From Spirochaetota bacterium (GTDB lineage Bacteria; Spirochaetota; UBA4802; UBA5550), in the NCBI GenBank assembly GCA_963664815.2, contig CAXXHB010000003.1, positions 736,001 to 800,000 on the forward strand: a stretch of 64,000 nt of DNA. The letters run 5' to 3'. Each line of letters opens with the position of its first letter. Position 1 is the stretch's first letter. Below, piece after piece: positions 30,981 to 40,800 of this stretch. The notes under the pieces are model-generated. The model was not told where the DNA came from. It saw only the letters and a program-made list of their open reading frames with translations, and searched no databases. The position numbers were made by a program, and so were the translations under genes.

Positions 30981-31889
30981 TTAAAATGTTTTAATTATGT
31001 TAAAGAACAATATTACTAATGAGCAGAGACCTGTTAAAACATTAAGAATTTTTCTTGGCGGACTGAGCAGCAATATTATTCTGGTCGGCAGAATCCCGGA
31101 TATTATCAATGATTCTAAAACGGCAAGTGCTGATTCATTTCTGTTCTTCATAATAAAGACGTTATCAATCAACTCATGCGCAAATGACAGCATGAATGCC
31201 ATGATGAAAGGAAAAACATAGTTTCGTGCCAATGAACTTTTAAAAAAGTCATTTAATCTGTCATTTCCTGATTTGATAAAATTCTGAGAAAAAATCAGTA
31301 TAACAATTCCAAATGCCAATGATATATACCAGCTTTTTGAATATTCATATAACAAAGCTGTTGAAAATATCGGCAATATGACAATTAGGGGAGATAAATA
31401 AGTAAATATACCGATTGATAGTTTTTTTGAATCAATTTTATCATTTTCATAGTTGCTTCCGATATGCCACCCTATAATCAATGCAATAATTCCGGAAAAT
31501 AAATTAATAAAAAAGAATGAGGTGAAAAAAAACGAGTTAAAATATTCAACCAGATAATACGGCATGGCATAAACAATAAACAATGATGTAGATAATGTGA
31601 CAATGAATGATACCGGAATTAAAATTTTATTTAATAAATCATGTTTATAAACAGAAAATCTGCTATTAATTGCAGAAAGATACATCGGTGAAAAGAAAAC
31701 AGTTAAAAATAATAAAAAGAATAAAACAGGTTTATTTATTGATTCTATAAAGATTGAATTATCAGTTTTAAAATAATTAATTAAGAAAAAAAACAAAAAG
31801 ATAGTACAGTCAAAAATCAGTTCATCAACATTAATAAATTTTTTATAATTACCCTTTTTCATCAGATAATTTCTATCAATAATTTTCAT
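30981..31889 (-). CDS. polytopic membrane protein of unknown function
   Basis: About 8 hydrophobic segments, SGILPTRI motif, very AT-rich. Confidence 0.7.
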   Translation of the reverse strand: MKIIDRNYLMKKGNYKKFINVDELIFDCTIFLFFFLINYFKTDNSIFIESINKPVLFFLLFLTVFFSPMYLSAINSRFSVYKHDLLNKILIPVSFIVTLSTSLFIVYAMPYYLVEYFNSFFFTSFFFINLFSGIIALIIGWHIGSNYENDKIDSKKLSIGIFTYLSPLIVILPIFSTALLYEYSKSWYISLAFGIVILIFSQNFIKSGNDRLNDFFKSSLARNYVFPFIMAFMLSFAHELIDNVFIMKNRNESALAVLESLIISGILPTRIILLLSPPRKILNVLTGLCSLVILFFNIIKTF

Positions 31890-32004
31890 AATATTTCACT
31901 GGACTCCTGCATATCCATAAAATCTGATAAACAGTACCTGCAAATACCTGTTTGTCAACCGGGAATAACTTTTTTACTCTCCTTTAACTGTTATATATAA
32001 TTCG

Positions 32005-32040
32005 GAACAAGATTACAGGATTAAGTGATTAACGGGATTA
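32005..32040 (+). repeat. dispersed 36-bp GATTA-rich repeat, copy 2
   Basis: GAACAAGATTACAGGATTAAGTGATTAACGGGATTA. Confidence 0.75.
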
Positions 32041-32137
32041 TTAAACTATTAAATGTAGCCGTTGTACCGAAGGGGAGTATGTAATAAATAAAGCCTAGTT
32101 CACCATCTGAAAATGTAAGTATTTATTAAGAAACTGA

Positions 32138-32174
32138 TTGACAATATAAAAGAATTATAAGTATATGCTTATAA
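32138..32174 (+). promoter_or_regulatory. promoter/operator, copy 2
   Basis: TTGACA-N12-TATAAGtatatgCTTATA. Confidence 0.6.
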
Positions 32175-32256
32175 AGCTTTTATATAATAATAACGTGAAA
32201 ATTTTAAATTTGTATAATAACCAATTCAAAATATTTTAATAGTAGAGAGGATAATT

Positions 32257-33030
32257 ATGATCGAACGCAATATGAATGGTATCAACTTTATCTCGGGCAG
32301 CTGGCCTCTTGATAAGGGAAGGCCCACTGTTATATTTATCCATGGTTCAGGCGGTTCATGTATGTTCTGGAAAGCTCAGGTTGAAGCGCTGGCGGTGGAA
32401 GTGAATACTGTTGCGCTTGATCTGCCGGGTCACGGGAAAAGCGCCGGCAGCAGCATGGACAGCATAACTTCTTATGCCGGGATTGCAGCGGATTTTATCG
32501 ATTCAATAAATGCGCCATTTCCGGTTCCCTGTGGCCTCAGCATGGGGGGAGCAATCACTTTGCAGATACTCCTCGATAATAAAAAATATAAGGCGGGGAT
32601 AGTGATTAATTCAGGGGCGAAACTGAAGGTTATGCCCCTTATCTTTGATCTTGTTAAAAATAATTACCAGGGTTATGTCGATTCACTCCCGTCTGTGGGT
32701 ATATCAGGTAAAACGGATCCATCCATTCTCAATGATGTTGTTGCCGAAACCCGGAGGTGCAACCCTGAAAGCGTTTACAGTGATTTTATGGCCTGCAATG
32801 CTTTCGATGCTATGAGCCGGCTTGATGAAATAACAGTTCCGCTGCTGATACTGACAGCAGATGAGGATAAACTCTCTCCTGCCCGGTATGGTCAATACCT
32901 TGCGGAACATATCAAAAGTGCAAGCATGGCAAGCATTAAGGAAGCCGGGCATATGTCCCCGGTTGAAAAACCGGATCAGGTAAACCGCGCTATACTCGGG
33001 TTTCTGAATCAGAACGTCATCATTAAATGA
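32257..33030 (+). CDS. alpha/beta fold hydrolase
   Basis: FIHGSGG, DLPGHGKS, GLSMGG nucleophile elbow, ADEDKL, AGHMSPVEKP. Confidence 0.92.
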   Translation: MIERNMNGINFISGSWPLDKGRPTVIFIHGSGGSCMFWKAQVEALAVEVNTVALDLPGHGKSAGSSMDSITSYAGIAADFIDSINAPFPVPCGLSMGGAITLQILLDNKKYKAGIVINSGAKLKVMPLIFDLVKNNYQGYVDSLPSVGISGKTDPSILNDVVAETRRCNPESVYSDFMACNAFDAMSRLDEITVPLLILTADEDKLSPARYGQYLAEHIKSASMASIKEAGHMSPVEKPDQVNRAILGFLNQNVIIK

Positions 33031-33076
33031 TCAGCTGATGCAGCTGCGGGTAAATTCAGCAGTTCCCTGAAAATTG

Positions 33077-33223
33077 ATGAAAAAGCTGCCATTTCAATAC
33101 CTGGCTACTCTGTTGTTAATTATAGTTATTGCTGCTGTTGCGTGTTATTCCGGTAAGTCCATGAATATCAGAAATAATTCAAAATTTCTTGTGCTTGAAA
33201 AAGCTTATTACCATAGGTTTTGA
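33077..33223 (+). pseudogene. 5' fragment copy of the lipoprotein gene at 30116
   Basis: MKKLPFQYLATLLLIIVIAAVACYSGKSMNIRNNSKFLVLEKAY matches LKKQTFQYPGTLLLIIVIAVIACSSGKSMNIRNNSKYLMLEKAY; stops after 48 codons. Confidence 0.8.
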
Positions 33224-33341
33224 AAGCTGTTGGATATGTTAAGATAAAGATGAATTCCCGGATAGATAAAAATTCCCTGCAGAAATTTCAGAAAGCTGAA
33301 AAACAATATTTTAAAATTTAATCATAAAAATTTAACTACTG

Positions 33342-33968
33342 GTGAATTTAAAAGTGAGAGATTCTGTTATGTCCAGCATTGCGCCGGAAGAAATGCTTAA
33401 AATACTTTTTTTAAATTCAATTGAGGTACACTGGATATGGAATCTGCATACAATGCAGTTTGAAGAGGTATATATTAACAGCAGAAACGCCGGGCTTATG
33501 CCGGAAGATGTTTTTACCAGTATGCTTGCAGAGCGGGTGTTGAAAGAGGACCGGAAAAGAGTATTAAAGATTATTGCTGAGCATATCAGTATTGCCAAAA
33601 CCGGAAAGAGACATATCAAAATTCCGCCGCTCTATACTCGTCTTTTCAATGGATATGGCAATTATGTACCAGCTGTAATTAATCTGACTGTTTATTATGA
33701 TCAGAATATCAATGATGCCACGCTTCTTGTCGGAGACACCAGAATAGATTACAAGCAGCAATATATAGGGATACTGAACCGCATACTCAGCAAACGCGAA
33801 AAAGAATGTCTGGCACATGTGCTGAATGGAAAGAGTCATAAAGAGATACTCCGTTTAATGATGATTGAAAATTCAACATTGAGTACATACAAGAAAAATA
33901 TAGTTAATAAAAGCGGCTGCTCTCTCAGCCAGATAAAATACATTCTTAAAAACACAGTTATTCCGTAA
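33342..33968 (+). CDS. LuxR-type HTH regulator with PAS-like N-terminus, copy 1
   Basis: LSKREKECLAHVLNGKSHKEI...STLSTYKKNIVNK. Confidence 0.8.
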   Translation: MNLKVRDSVMSSIAPEEMLKILFLNSIEVHWIWNLHTMQFEEVYINSRNAGLMPEDVFTSMLAERVLKEDRKRVLKIIAEHISIAKTGKRHIKIPPLYTRLFNGYGNYVPAVINLTVYYDQNINDATLLVGDTRIDYKQQYIGILNRILSKREKECLAHVLNGKSHKEILRLMMIENSTLSTYKKNIVNKSGCSLSQIKYILKNTVIP

Positions 33969-34465
33969 TTGCCTGTAAATGGCAGACAGTAACCGCTTGC
34001 ACCGTTTTATGGCGCTGATGAGACATTTTTTCTGCCAGCAAATGAGCAGTCTCACTGTGTCAGTGAGTGTTCAGGGTGTGGGAAATGTTTTTTGCCGGCA
34101 AAATACAGAATAGACAAATATAAATTGCTGCAGAAGTGAAAGGAATGGTCCCGGTATTTTTTATAGTCTGGTGAAAAACGGCTTGACTCTATTCGTTAAG
34201 CCGATCATCCGTTAAAACAGATTATGGAGTAATTGAGAATACGAAATGCGTTATTCACAGCCGGAATTGAATTTCCTCAAAGAAACGGGCTTAAACGGTC
34301 TTTGATTTCAGCAGTTTAATTGAATAAGGTATTCCGGTTTTTCCGGGAACCCATCCGGATTGTCCTGCTTATATTTACAGGAATGGGCTGTCTGTAACGG
34401 ATATACACTGGGTCAGGTTGTCAGATGAGAATATTAAAAATCGCAGAGAGAGGAGATGTATAGAT

Positions 34466-34882
34466 ATGAATATGGATGATAAAATTGACGGTCTGATCAA
34501 AATGTTTGAAAGCGTACCCTATCACAGGTTTTTAGGCTTAAAGTATTCAGTCATCAGGGATGGCTATGGGGAGCTTATCCTTCCGGTACGCAGGGAGTTA
34601 TTGAATATTAATGGTGTGCTGCATGGCGGAATCTATTATACCATCTGTGACCTGGGAGCTGCAACAGCTCTTGAGGCGACCCTTCGCGAAGGCTACTTTT
34701 ATGTTACACATGATATTAATGTAGCCATTTTATCATCAGTCAGTGAGGGTACCGTTACGGTAAAATCAGAGGTACTGAAATCGGGTAAAAGACTGGCTTT
34801 TGTTGAGTCCAGAGTGTTTGACGAAAACAATAAACTGCTCGCCATCGGGCGCTTAACCAAAACACTGCTGGCCAGGAAATAA
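34466..34882 (+). CDS. PaaI-family (hotdog) thioesterase
   Basis: LLNINGVLHGGIYYTICD; ATG 34466 after GAGAGGAG. Confidence 0.9.
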   Translation: MNMDDKIDGLIKMFESVPYHRFLGLKYSVIRDGYGELILPVRRELLNINGVLHGGIYYTICDLGAATALEATLREGYFYVTHDINVAILSSVSEGTVTVKSEVLKSGKRLAFVESRVFDENNKLLAIGRLTKTLLARK

Positions 34883-34971
34883 TAAAAACGGGCTGGATTT
34901 TCTGAAAGCATCCGGATTGTAATTTGCCTGTCCCGTGCCGTTTATTCACCCTGCAGCTGTATTCTGTATAT

Positions 34972-35487
34972 TCAGTTTATCATAAGAGGCACGCAGTAGA
35001 GTAAAACAAGCGCAGCCCCGGATAATAAGACAGCTATAATAATACTGGTACGGAGGTTGTCAATGGGGGGGGTCATGCCTTTCACGAAATCATATATTGC
35101 ACTGATCAATGAAATTAAAGCTGCAATGCCGATCAGGATGACTGATATGTAACTCAGCGTTATAGCAAGTCCGGCAGTTACAGCAATAAGTATTACGGTT
35201 GAAATATATTTTCCGGTACCTTTTATCTCTTTGCTTCTGTCTCCTCTATAATAGAAGAAACCGGCAACCATAGCGATTAAACATAGAACAGAAGCCGCAA
35301 TGGCGTTCAGGTAAATAAGATTCTGGAGAGCGGCATCCGCCTCCGAAAGGTCAAGGACAGGGATGAATCCCTTCACTATGGAACTGAATATAATCTCCGC
35401 TGCTGAACCGAATATATAAAACATCAGGTTATTAAAAAAACCCAGAAGAGCCCCTGCAATAGTGAGAATAAACACTACTTTGTTCAT
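34972..35487 (-). CDS. membrane protein, paralog of 50646-51206
   Basis: About 5 TMs; shared LTI.G..LG...NL.F.IFGS and IP.LDLS.ADA.LQN.I..NA. Confidence 0.75.
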   Translation of the reverse strand: MNKVVFILTIAGALLGFFNNLMFYIFGSAAEIIFSSIVKGFIPVLDLSEADAALQNLIYLNAIAASVLCLIAMVAGFFYYRGDRSKEIKGTGKYISTVILIAVTAGLAITLSYISVILIGIAALISLISAIYDFVKGMTPPIDNLRTSIIIAVLLSGAALVLLYCVPLMIN

Positions 35488-35986
35488 AATAAATGACCTC
35501 TCTGATTTTTATCATTTAAGCTTCTCCGGCTGTCTCTTTATACCGGATATATTATGTTCAGTAAAAAATTTAAGCTAATTACAGCAGTTAAAGAAATAAT
35601 CAGGCCTTATCATTTCGAACGTATGTGAGTGCTTTGACGCCGCTCAGCAGCCATTAATAACGGTCAGTGAGCCTGCCGAACTGCTCAGCCGCTATTGCTT
35701 TTTCGGAATGACAGAATATATTTTATTTCAATAGTGAAATGCTATAATACAGAGAAAAACAAATTTGTCAACAGAGAATTATTGTTTTATTCAGACACGT
35801 TGCTCCTGACAGATGTTTCTGCAGGTTCTGCAGGTAAGGTAAGATTAAGTACCGTGGATCAGATGTTTTTCATGGTATGGGAGTTATGTTAAGACGAAGT
35901 TCTGCTCATCAATAAATTTACCGGTTGATTTTTTTAACTTGAAATAATCATCAACTGACTCCACCTGTCTTTGTAGAGGATAAATC

Positions 35987-36871
35987 ATGCTGAAAGGTGA
36001 ACTGGCGGCCCTTGCTGTTGCATTCTGCTGGACGGTATCAGCTGTATCATTTGAAAACGCGTCAAAAAGAATAGGCTCGCTACCTGTAAATATACTGCGT
36101 CTGCTGATTGCTTACCTCCTCCTTACTGTTTATAACGTGGTTGTGTACGGAAACATACTGCCGGCAGTTGATCCCGTGCGAGGTAAATGGCTTCTCCTTT
36201 CAGGCTTTGTCGGATTTTTCATGGGGGATCTTCTACTCTTCCGCTCTTTTGTCCTCATCGGTTCAAGGGTGGCGATGCTTATAATGTGCTCCTCTCCTGT
36301 AATGGCCACAACAATGGGATTTCTGATATTCGGGGAGAGGCCCTCGCTGTCTGACGCGGCTGCGATTATCATAACACTCTGCGGCATATCCCTTGTGGTT
36401 CTCACCCGCAGTAATGAAGGGAAAATAAAACTGGCGCATTCCTTCCGCGGGATTCTCTTCGCCTTCGGCGGCGCCGCAGGGCAGGCCGGCGGGCTGGCCC
36501 TTTCAAAACTGGGTGTAGCGGGATTCGATCCCTTTATAGCGACGCAGGTAAGGATTATCGCCGGGATGGCCGGTTTCATCCTGACCATAGTTGTTTTACG
36601 CCGTGGAAAAAGTGTGGTATCGGCACTTAAAGATATAAAGGGCGTATCATTCACTGCGCTGGGTGCTGTATTCGGCCCCTTCATCGGCGTATCGCTTTCG
36701 CTCTACTCAGTCAAGTACTCCAACATAGGTGTGGCATCGACAATAATGTCTATTGTCCCTGTACTGCTGATTCCGGTTTCATTTCTACTTTACAGGGAGA
36801 GCGTGAGGAAAATGGAGATTGCCGGTATAATCATAGCAATCTCCGGGGTATCAATACTTCTGCTGAAATAA
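35987..36871 (+). CDS. DMT/EamA family transporter
   Basis: 10 TMs; GELAAL, LSGFVGFFMGD, FGPFIGVSLSL. Confidence 0.9.
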   Translation: MLKGELAALAVAFCWTVSAVSFENASKRIGSLPVNILRLLIAYLLLTVYNVVVYGNILPAVDPVRGKWLLLSGFVGFFMGDLLLFRSFVLIGSRVAMLIMCSSPVMATTMGFLIFGERPSLSDAAAIIITLCGISLVVLTRSNEGKIKLAHSFRGILFAFGGAAGQAGGLALSKLGVAGFDPFIATQVRIIAGMAGFILTIVVLRRGKSVVSALKDIKGVSFTALGAVFGPFIGVSLSLYSVKYSNIGVASTIMSIVPVLLIPVSFLLYRESVRKMEIAGIIIAISGVSILLLK

Positions 36872-37018
36872 TAACTGAATCGCCATGCAGCCGGCCCGAT
36901 TATTATTTACATGGATGCGCCGGTAGACTTGGGCTGTTTTACTGCCTGGAGTACACAACATCCCGGGATATGCTGTTTTTCCCGGAGATGTTATGTTAAG
37001 CAGAAATAACTGATCAGG

Positions 37019-38266
37019 TTATTCCGGAAGTGACGCCAGAAGCACTGCGTATGACCTGAAGAGCGGTCTCTGGTCAAGAGTGCAGAGGATGCCGATTACC
37101 CCTATGTGATCGGTATTCCCGAGTTTTCCGAGATAGTTCCATTTTCCGATCTGCGGAGTTCCGCTGTATGTAACTATGGAATCGGCAGATCCAAGATGCG
37201 GTCCGCTGGCAGTAGCCACGGATACCAGCCCGTCGTTTTCCCACCAGCTTTTAGTAATAACAACAGGTGTACTCTGAGTATACATGCCTATGTATGTTGC
37301 TGTTGCCCACATGAGCGGGTTCATTGTTACATTCGGAAGGTAGCGGCCGGTCAGCAGTTCCCTGTATGTTGCGGAAGTGGCCTGGGAGAAATAGTATATA
37401 TCGGACTGCGCCTTTGCCCAGCTGTTCAGCTCCTTCGCCCCTTCGGGTTTAAGGTCCCAGTTTCCCAGATCGCGCGATGTTGTCCATGCTCCACTGCTTT
37501 CGACCCGTTTAATGTAATCGGCAATGCCTTCCCCGCTTTTCCTGTTAAGTCCCCACTGGTCAAGGTGAAAATCGTACGTGTCGATTTCAGTTGAACCGGT
37601 AACAGCCGCAAGAAAAACACTTGCCATCTGCAGCAAAGATATATCCCCCTTGCCCGATAACTGGTAGGCAGCTGTACTGCCGTCGTGCGGTGTTGCCACT
37701 GTCAGGATGCTCCTGACCCACTGTTTCTTCTGTCCGTCAAAGAGTGGGGAGAGTTCTTCGGGATCAGTAGCGGCTATCTCGCCGGAGTCGCCGTTTTCAA
37801 GGAGCTGTGCAAGCACGCGTATTGTTTCACCACCCATGCTGTGGCCGATAAGGTGAATTTTGTTCAGTTTCCCTGTGTCCGGATCGGTTTCACCCCATTC
37901 GGGAAAGAGCCCGTTATAGGTCCTTCCGTATCTTGCGTGTCCGTATTTTTCGGAATGAGCCTTGCCGTAATCGACTGTCCCACCCTTAAGCTCTGCGTAA
38001 ACCTCGCAGGCCCTGTCCCAGTTGCTGCTGAATGGTCCAACATCAACTACGAAGTTCTCATAACCCAGCCCGTCGAGGTATTTGGGGATATTATAGGTGC
38101 CGCCCCAGTAGGGGATTCCGTGAAGTTCGGCAAAACCTGCCATACCGTGAACAAATACAATGGGGTAGTAGTTGCTGCGGGAAGAGGTTTCACCGGGTGC
38201 CGAAATGTAAACTATGATTGAAACCATGTAAAAAATAAAAAACAGCTTAATAGTGAACTTTTTCAT
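37019..38266 (-). CDS. secreted triacylglycerol lipase (Staphylococcus/Geobacillus-type family I)
   Basis: YPIVFVHG, SNWDRACE, VDYG.AH..KYGH.RYGRTY, HLIGHSMGG, TPHDGS, ENDGLV, DHIGVIG; ATG 38266 after CAGGAG. Confidence 0.92.
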   Translation of the reverse strand: MKKFTIKLFFIFYMVSIIVYISAPGETSSRSNYYPIVFVHGMAGFAELHGIPYWGGTYNIPKYLDGLGYENFVVDVGPFSSNWDRACEVYAELKGGTVDYGKAHSEKYGHARYGRTYNGLFPEWGETDPDTGKLNKIHLIGHSMGGETIRVLAQLLENGDSGEIAATDPEELSPLFDGQKKQWVRSILTVATPHDGSTAAYQLSGKGDISLLQMASVFLAAVTGSTEIDTYDFHLDQWGLNRKSGEGIADYIKRVESSGAWTTSRDLGNWDLKPEGAKELNSWAKAQSDIYYFSQATSATYRELLTGRYLPNVTMNPLMWATATYIGMYTQSTPVVITKSWWENDGLVSVATASGPHLGSADSIVTYSGTPQIGKWNYLGKLGNTDHIGVIGILCTLDQRPLFRSYAVLLASLPE

Positions 38267-38680
38267 ACATTGAACTCCTGATATTTTATAATTATATCTA
38301 TCATGCAGCATAAAAACAAACTGCAATATAGCCGGGGCAATGGTTAAGGCTGATATGACTAATATAAAACAGAATGAAAAATATAAAGTCTGTTTTTAAA
38401 CCAACAGGTTGCAGAAGAATTCTGTAAATGTAAAAATTTATATAAATAACAAACAGTGATAGTTTTATGAAAACAGGCAGTTAAGGCTGAAATCATTAAC
38501 GGTACAGCAAATTACCTGTAATATAAAACACCTGTTATAAGCATATAACAGGACGCCGGAAAATTCAATTTTTTTTACAATTAATAAAATAAAAGGAAGT
38601 TCTCTGATGCTGGATAATGGCTGATACTTAATTGCCGGATAGCCGTGCTGAAATCAAAATCAGTTCATATGAAATGTATT

Positions 38681-38719
38681 TAAAGCGCCGGAATGAATTC
38701 GAATAAAACCGGCGCTTTA
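38681..38719 (-). terminator. terminator hairpin after the multicopper oxidase gene
   Basis: TAAAGCGCCGG / CCGGCGCTTTA inverted repeat. Confidence 0.65.
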
Positions 38720-38725
38720 TCTGTT

Positions 38726-40192
38726 CTAGTTTACCTTGAATTGTCCCATCATCCCGTTATCTTCATGTTCAAGGATATGGCAGTGATACATGAAAGTACC
38801 TTTATATAAAAATTTTACAAGAATATTCACATCCTCACCCTGTTCGACAAGGACAGTATCTTTCCATCCCCGCTCTGATGGTGACGGTTGTTTACCACCC
38901 CTGTCAATCACCTGGAACTGAACTCCGTGAGCATGAAAATTATGTAATACATTACCCCCCATCATACCTCCACCCATCATCCCCATGCCATGCCCTGACT
39001 GGTTTCTGATATGCCATGTTTCAACGGAGTTATGTTTTACAGATTCATCTATCCGGAGATGATCAAACTGGTTTCCGTTGATATTAACGCCGGGGCCCAT
39101 TCCCTGAAGGGAAAAATTTCTGTCACCCTGTGATTTCTCAACAGGTATAAAACTGATTTTTGTAAGCTCTCGGGGTATTACGGTGTTGTCGGTTCCGCTG
39201 CCTGCAACTGCTATTTTCATTATATCGAACTCGTCACTCTTTAAATAGAGTTTTTCCCCATCCTTTAACCGGGAAAAATCTGCTATAATTTCGGCCCTCT
39301 CTCCGGGAGACAATCTTATGCTGTCAGTGTTGTAAGGTTTTTCAAGAAACCCGCCATCGGTTGCTATCTGATAAAATCTCATACCGTTGCTGAATCTGAA
39401 ATCGTAGACTCTTGCGCTTGAACCATTAAGGAGTCTGAACCGGTATCTGATTCTGTTTGCTTTAAATACTGAGTTTATGACACCATTTACAAGAATAGTG
39501 TTTCCTTTCATACCCTCCATCATATCACGCATGTTAGTCATATATATAGGGACACCCTCTCCGGTAAAGCGTCTGTCCTGAATTATTAATGGTATATCAT
39601 TTACACCGTAATCTCTAGGTATATTAAGGCTGTCAGAAACATCATCATCAATTATTATCATACCCGCAAGTCCCCTGTAAACCTGGACTGCTGTTGTTCC
39701 GTGGCCATGAGGATGGTACCATGCAGTTGCGGCCTGCTGGTTAACAGTAAAAACCGGATGCCAAAGACTCCCGGGTTTGATCACCTGGTGCGGTCCGCCA
39801 TCCATATCCCCCGGAACCAGCATGCCGTGCCAGTGGACAGTTGTAACCTCGTGGAGAGTGTTTTTAACACTTATATCTGCATTCTGCCCCTTCCTGAAAC
39901 GGAGGGTAGGGCCCAGTAAAGATCCGTTATAGCCAAGAGTTGTAACCGCCGTACCTTTGAAAAATTCAGTCGACCCTTTCTGTACAGTAAGTGAATAACT
40001 TGCCCTCCGGGGATCGCTGCTGTTGTTTTTCAGAACCGGCGGGATGGGGAGAGGATTTTCAAATTCTGAGTATTCGTAACCGGCAATCTTTATTTCTTGT
40101 TCAGAATCTTTACCTGTAACGCTCCTTTCCCGGCAGAACAGGGCTGCTATTATGCTTAATATTACTACCGGGATTACGATCTTTCTATTCAT
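38726..40192 (-). CDS. three-domain multicopper oxidase (CueO-like)
   Basis: HWHG, WYHPH, HNFHAHG, HCHILEHEDNGMM; Met/Gly-rich loop. Confidence 0.95.
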   Translation of the reverse strand: MNRKIVIPVVILSIIAALFCRERSVTGKDSEQEIKIAGYEYSEFENPLPIPPVLKNNSSDPRRASYSLTVQKGSTEFFKGTAVTTLGYNGSLLGPTLRFRKGQNADISVKNTLHEVTTVHWHGMLVPGDMDGGPHQVIKPGSLWHPVFTVNQQAATAWYHPHGHGTTAVQVYRGLAGMIIIDDDVSDSLNIPRDYGVNDIPLIIQDRRFTGEGVPIYMTNMRDMMEGMKGNTILVNGVINSVFKANRIRYRFRLLNGSSARVYDFRFSNGMRFYQIATDGGFLEKPYNTDSIRLSPGERAEIIADFSRLKDGEKLYLKSDEFDIMKIAVAGSGTDNTVIPRELTKISFIPVEKSQGDRNFSLQGMGPGVNINGNQFDHLRIDESVKHNSVETWHIRNQSGHGMGMMGGGMMGGNVLHNFHAHGVQFQVIDRGGKQPSPSERGWKDTVLVEQGEDVNILVKFLYKGTFMYHCHILEHEDNGMMGQFKVN

Positions 40193-40533
40193 TTTAATCT
40201 CCTTCGGCTTAATGAGTAATGGACTTCAATATATTCATTTTTTATATAAATGTCAACAGGCAAATCGTTAGTAAATAAAGAGTAATGGACATTTATTCTC
40301 TGCATCCGATTCCGGATGTAGTGCAACACCGAAATGGCAAAGTCATCTACATTGAATCACTACTGGTGCCGGCTGAAGTTGCCGGTTAAAGATGTAATTT
40401 TAAGATAATATTTATTCTGCAATTGTCCGCCAATAAAAAACAATAAACTACTCCGTGCTGTTGTGCGGAATATAACAGATGTATCCGCCAGCCGGCAGCA
40501 GTTACATCTTTCAATTAAAAAGATTAAATATAA

Positions 40534-40651
40534 AAGATTTAGTACTATGAATACATAGAAAATATCAATAATACATAGAACGGAATTTTCACTCCTCTCA
40601 GAATATTCTATTGCTAATTTACATATCGGGAATTAAAGACTGCCGATAACC
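40534..40651 (+). promoter_or_regulatory. conserved 118-bp upstream element, copy 1
   Basis: Ungapped similarity to 45756-45873; ATACATAGAA direct repeats 20 bp apart. Confidence 0.7.
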
Positions 40652-40800
40652 TGTATTCAATCTGTCAGAAAAACATTCTGACGTGAAGGAATTCGCTGTT
40701 ATATGTTTAAAATATTCATAAGAGAACCCGCGGTCCGGGGTAAACATGCAGACGGTTGCCGGAAAACGGGGATATGTAAAAAATAAGGTGAGGGAGGTTT

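Noticed and set aside
40250-40400. Possible c-di-GMP (GEMM) riboswitch, from GGCAAA motifs
   Set aside because: The required P2/P3 stems and GNRA/receptor pairing could not be built; an Infernal search would be decisive
40642-40649. GCCGATAA as a sigma28 promoter
   Set aside because: Perfect -10 but no TAAA -35 at the proper spacing, and the second copy is degenerate
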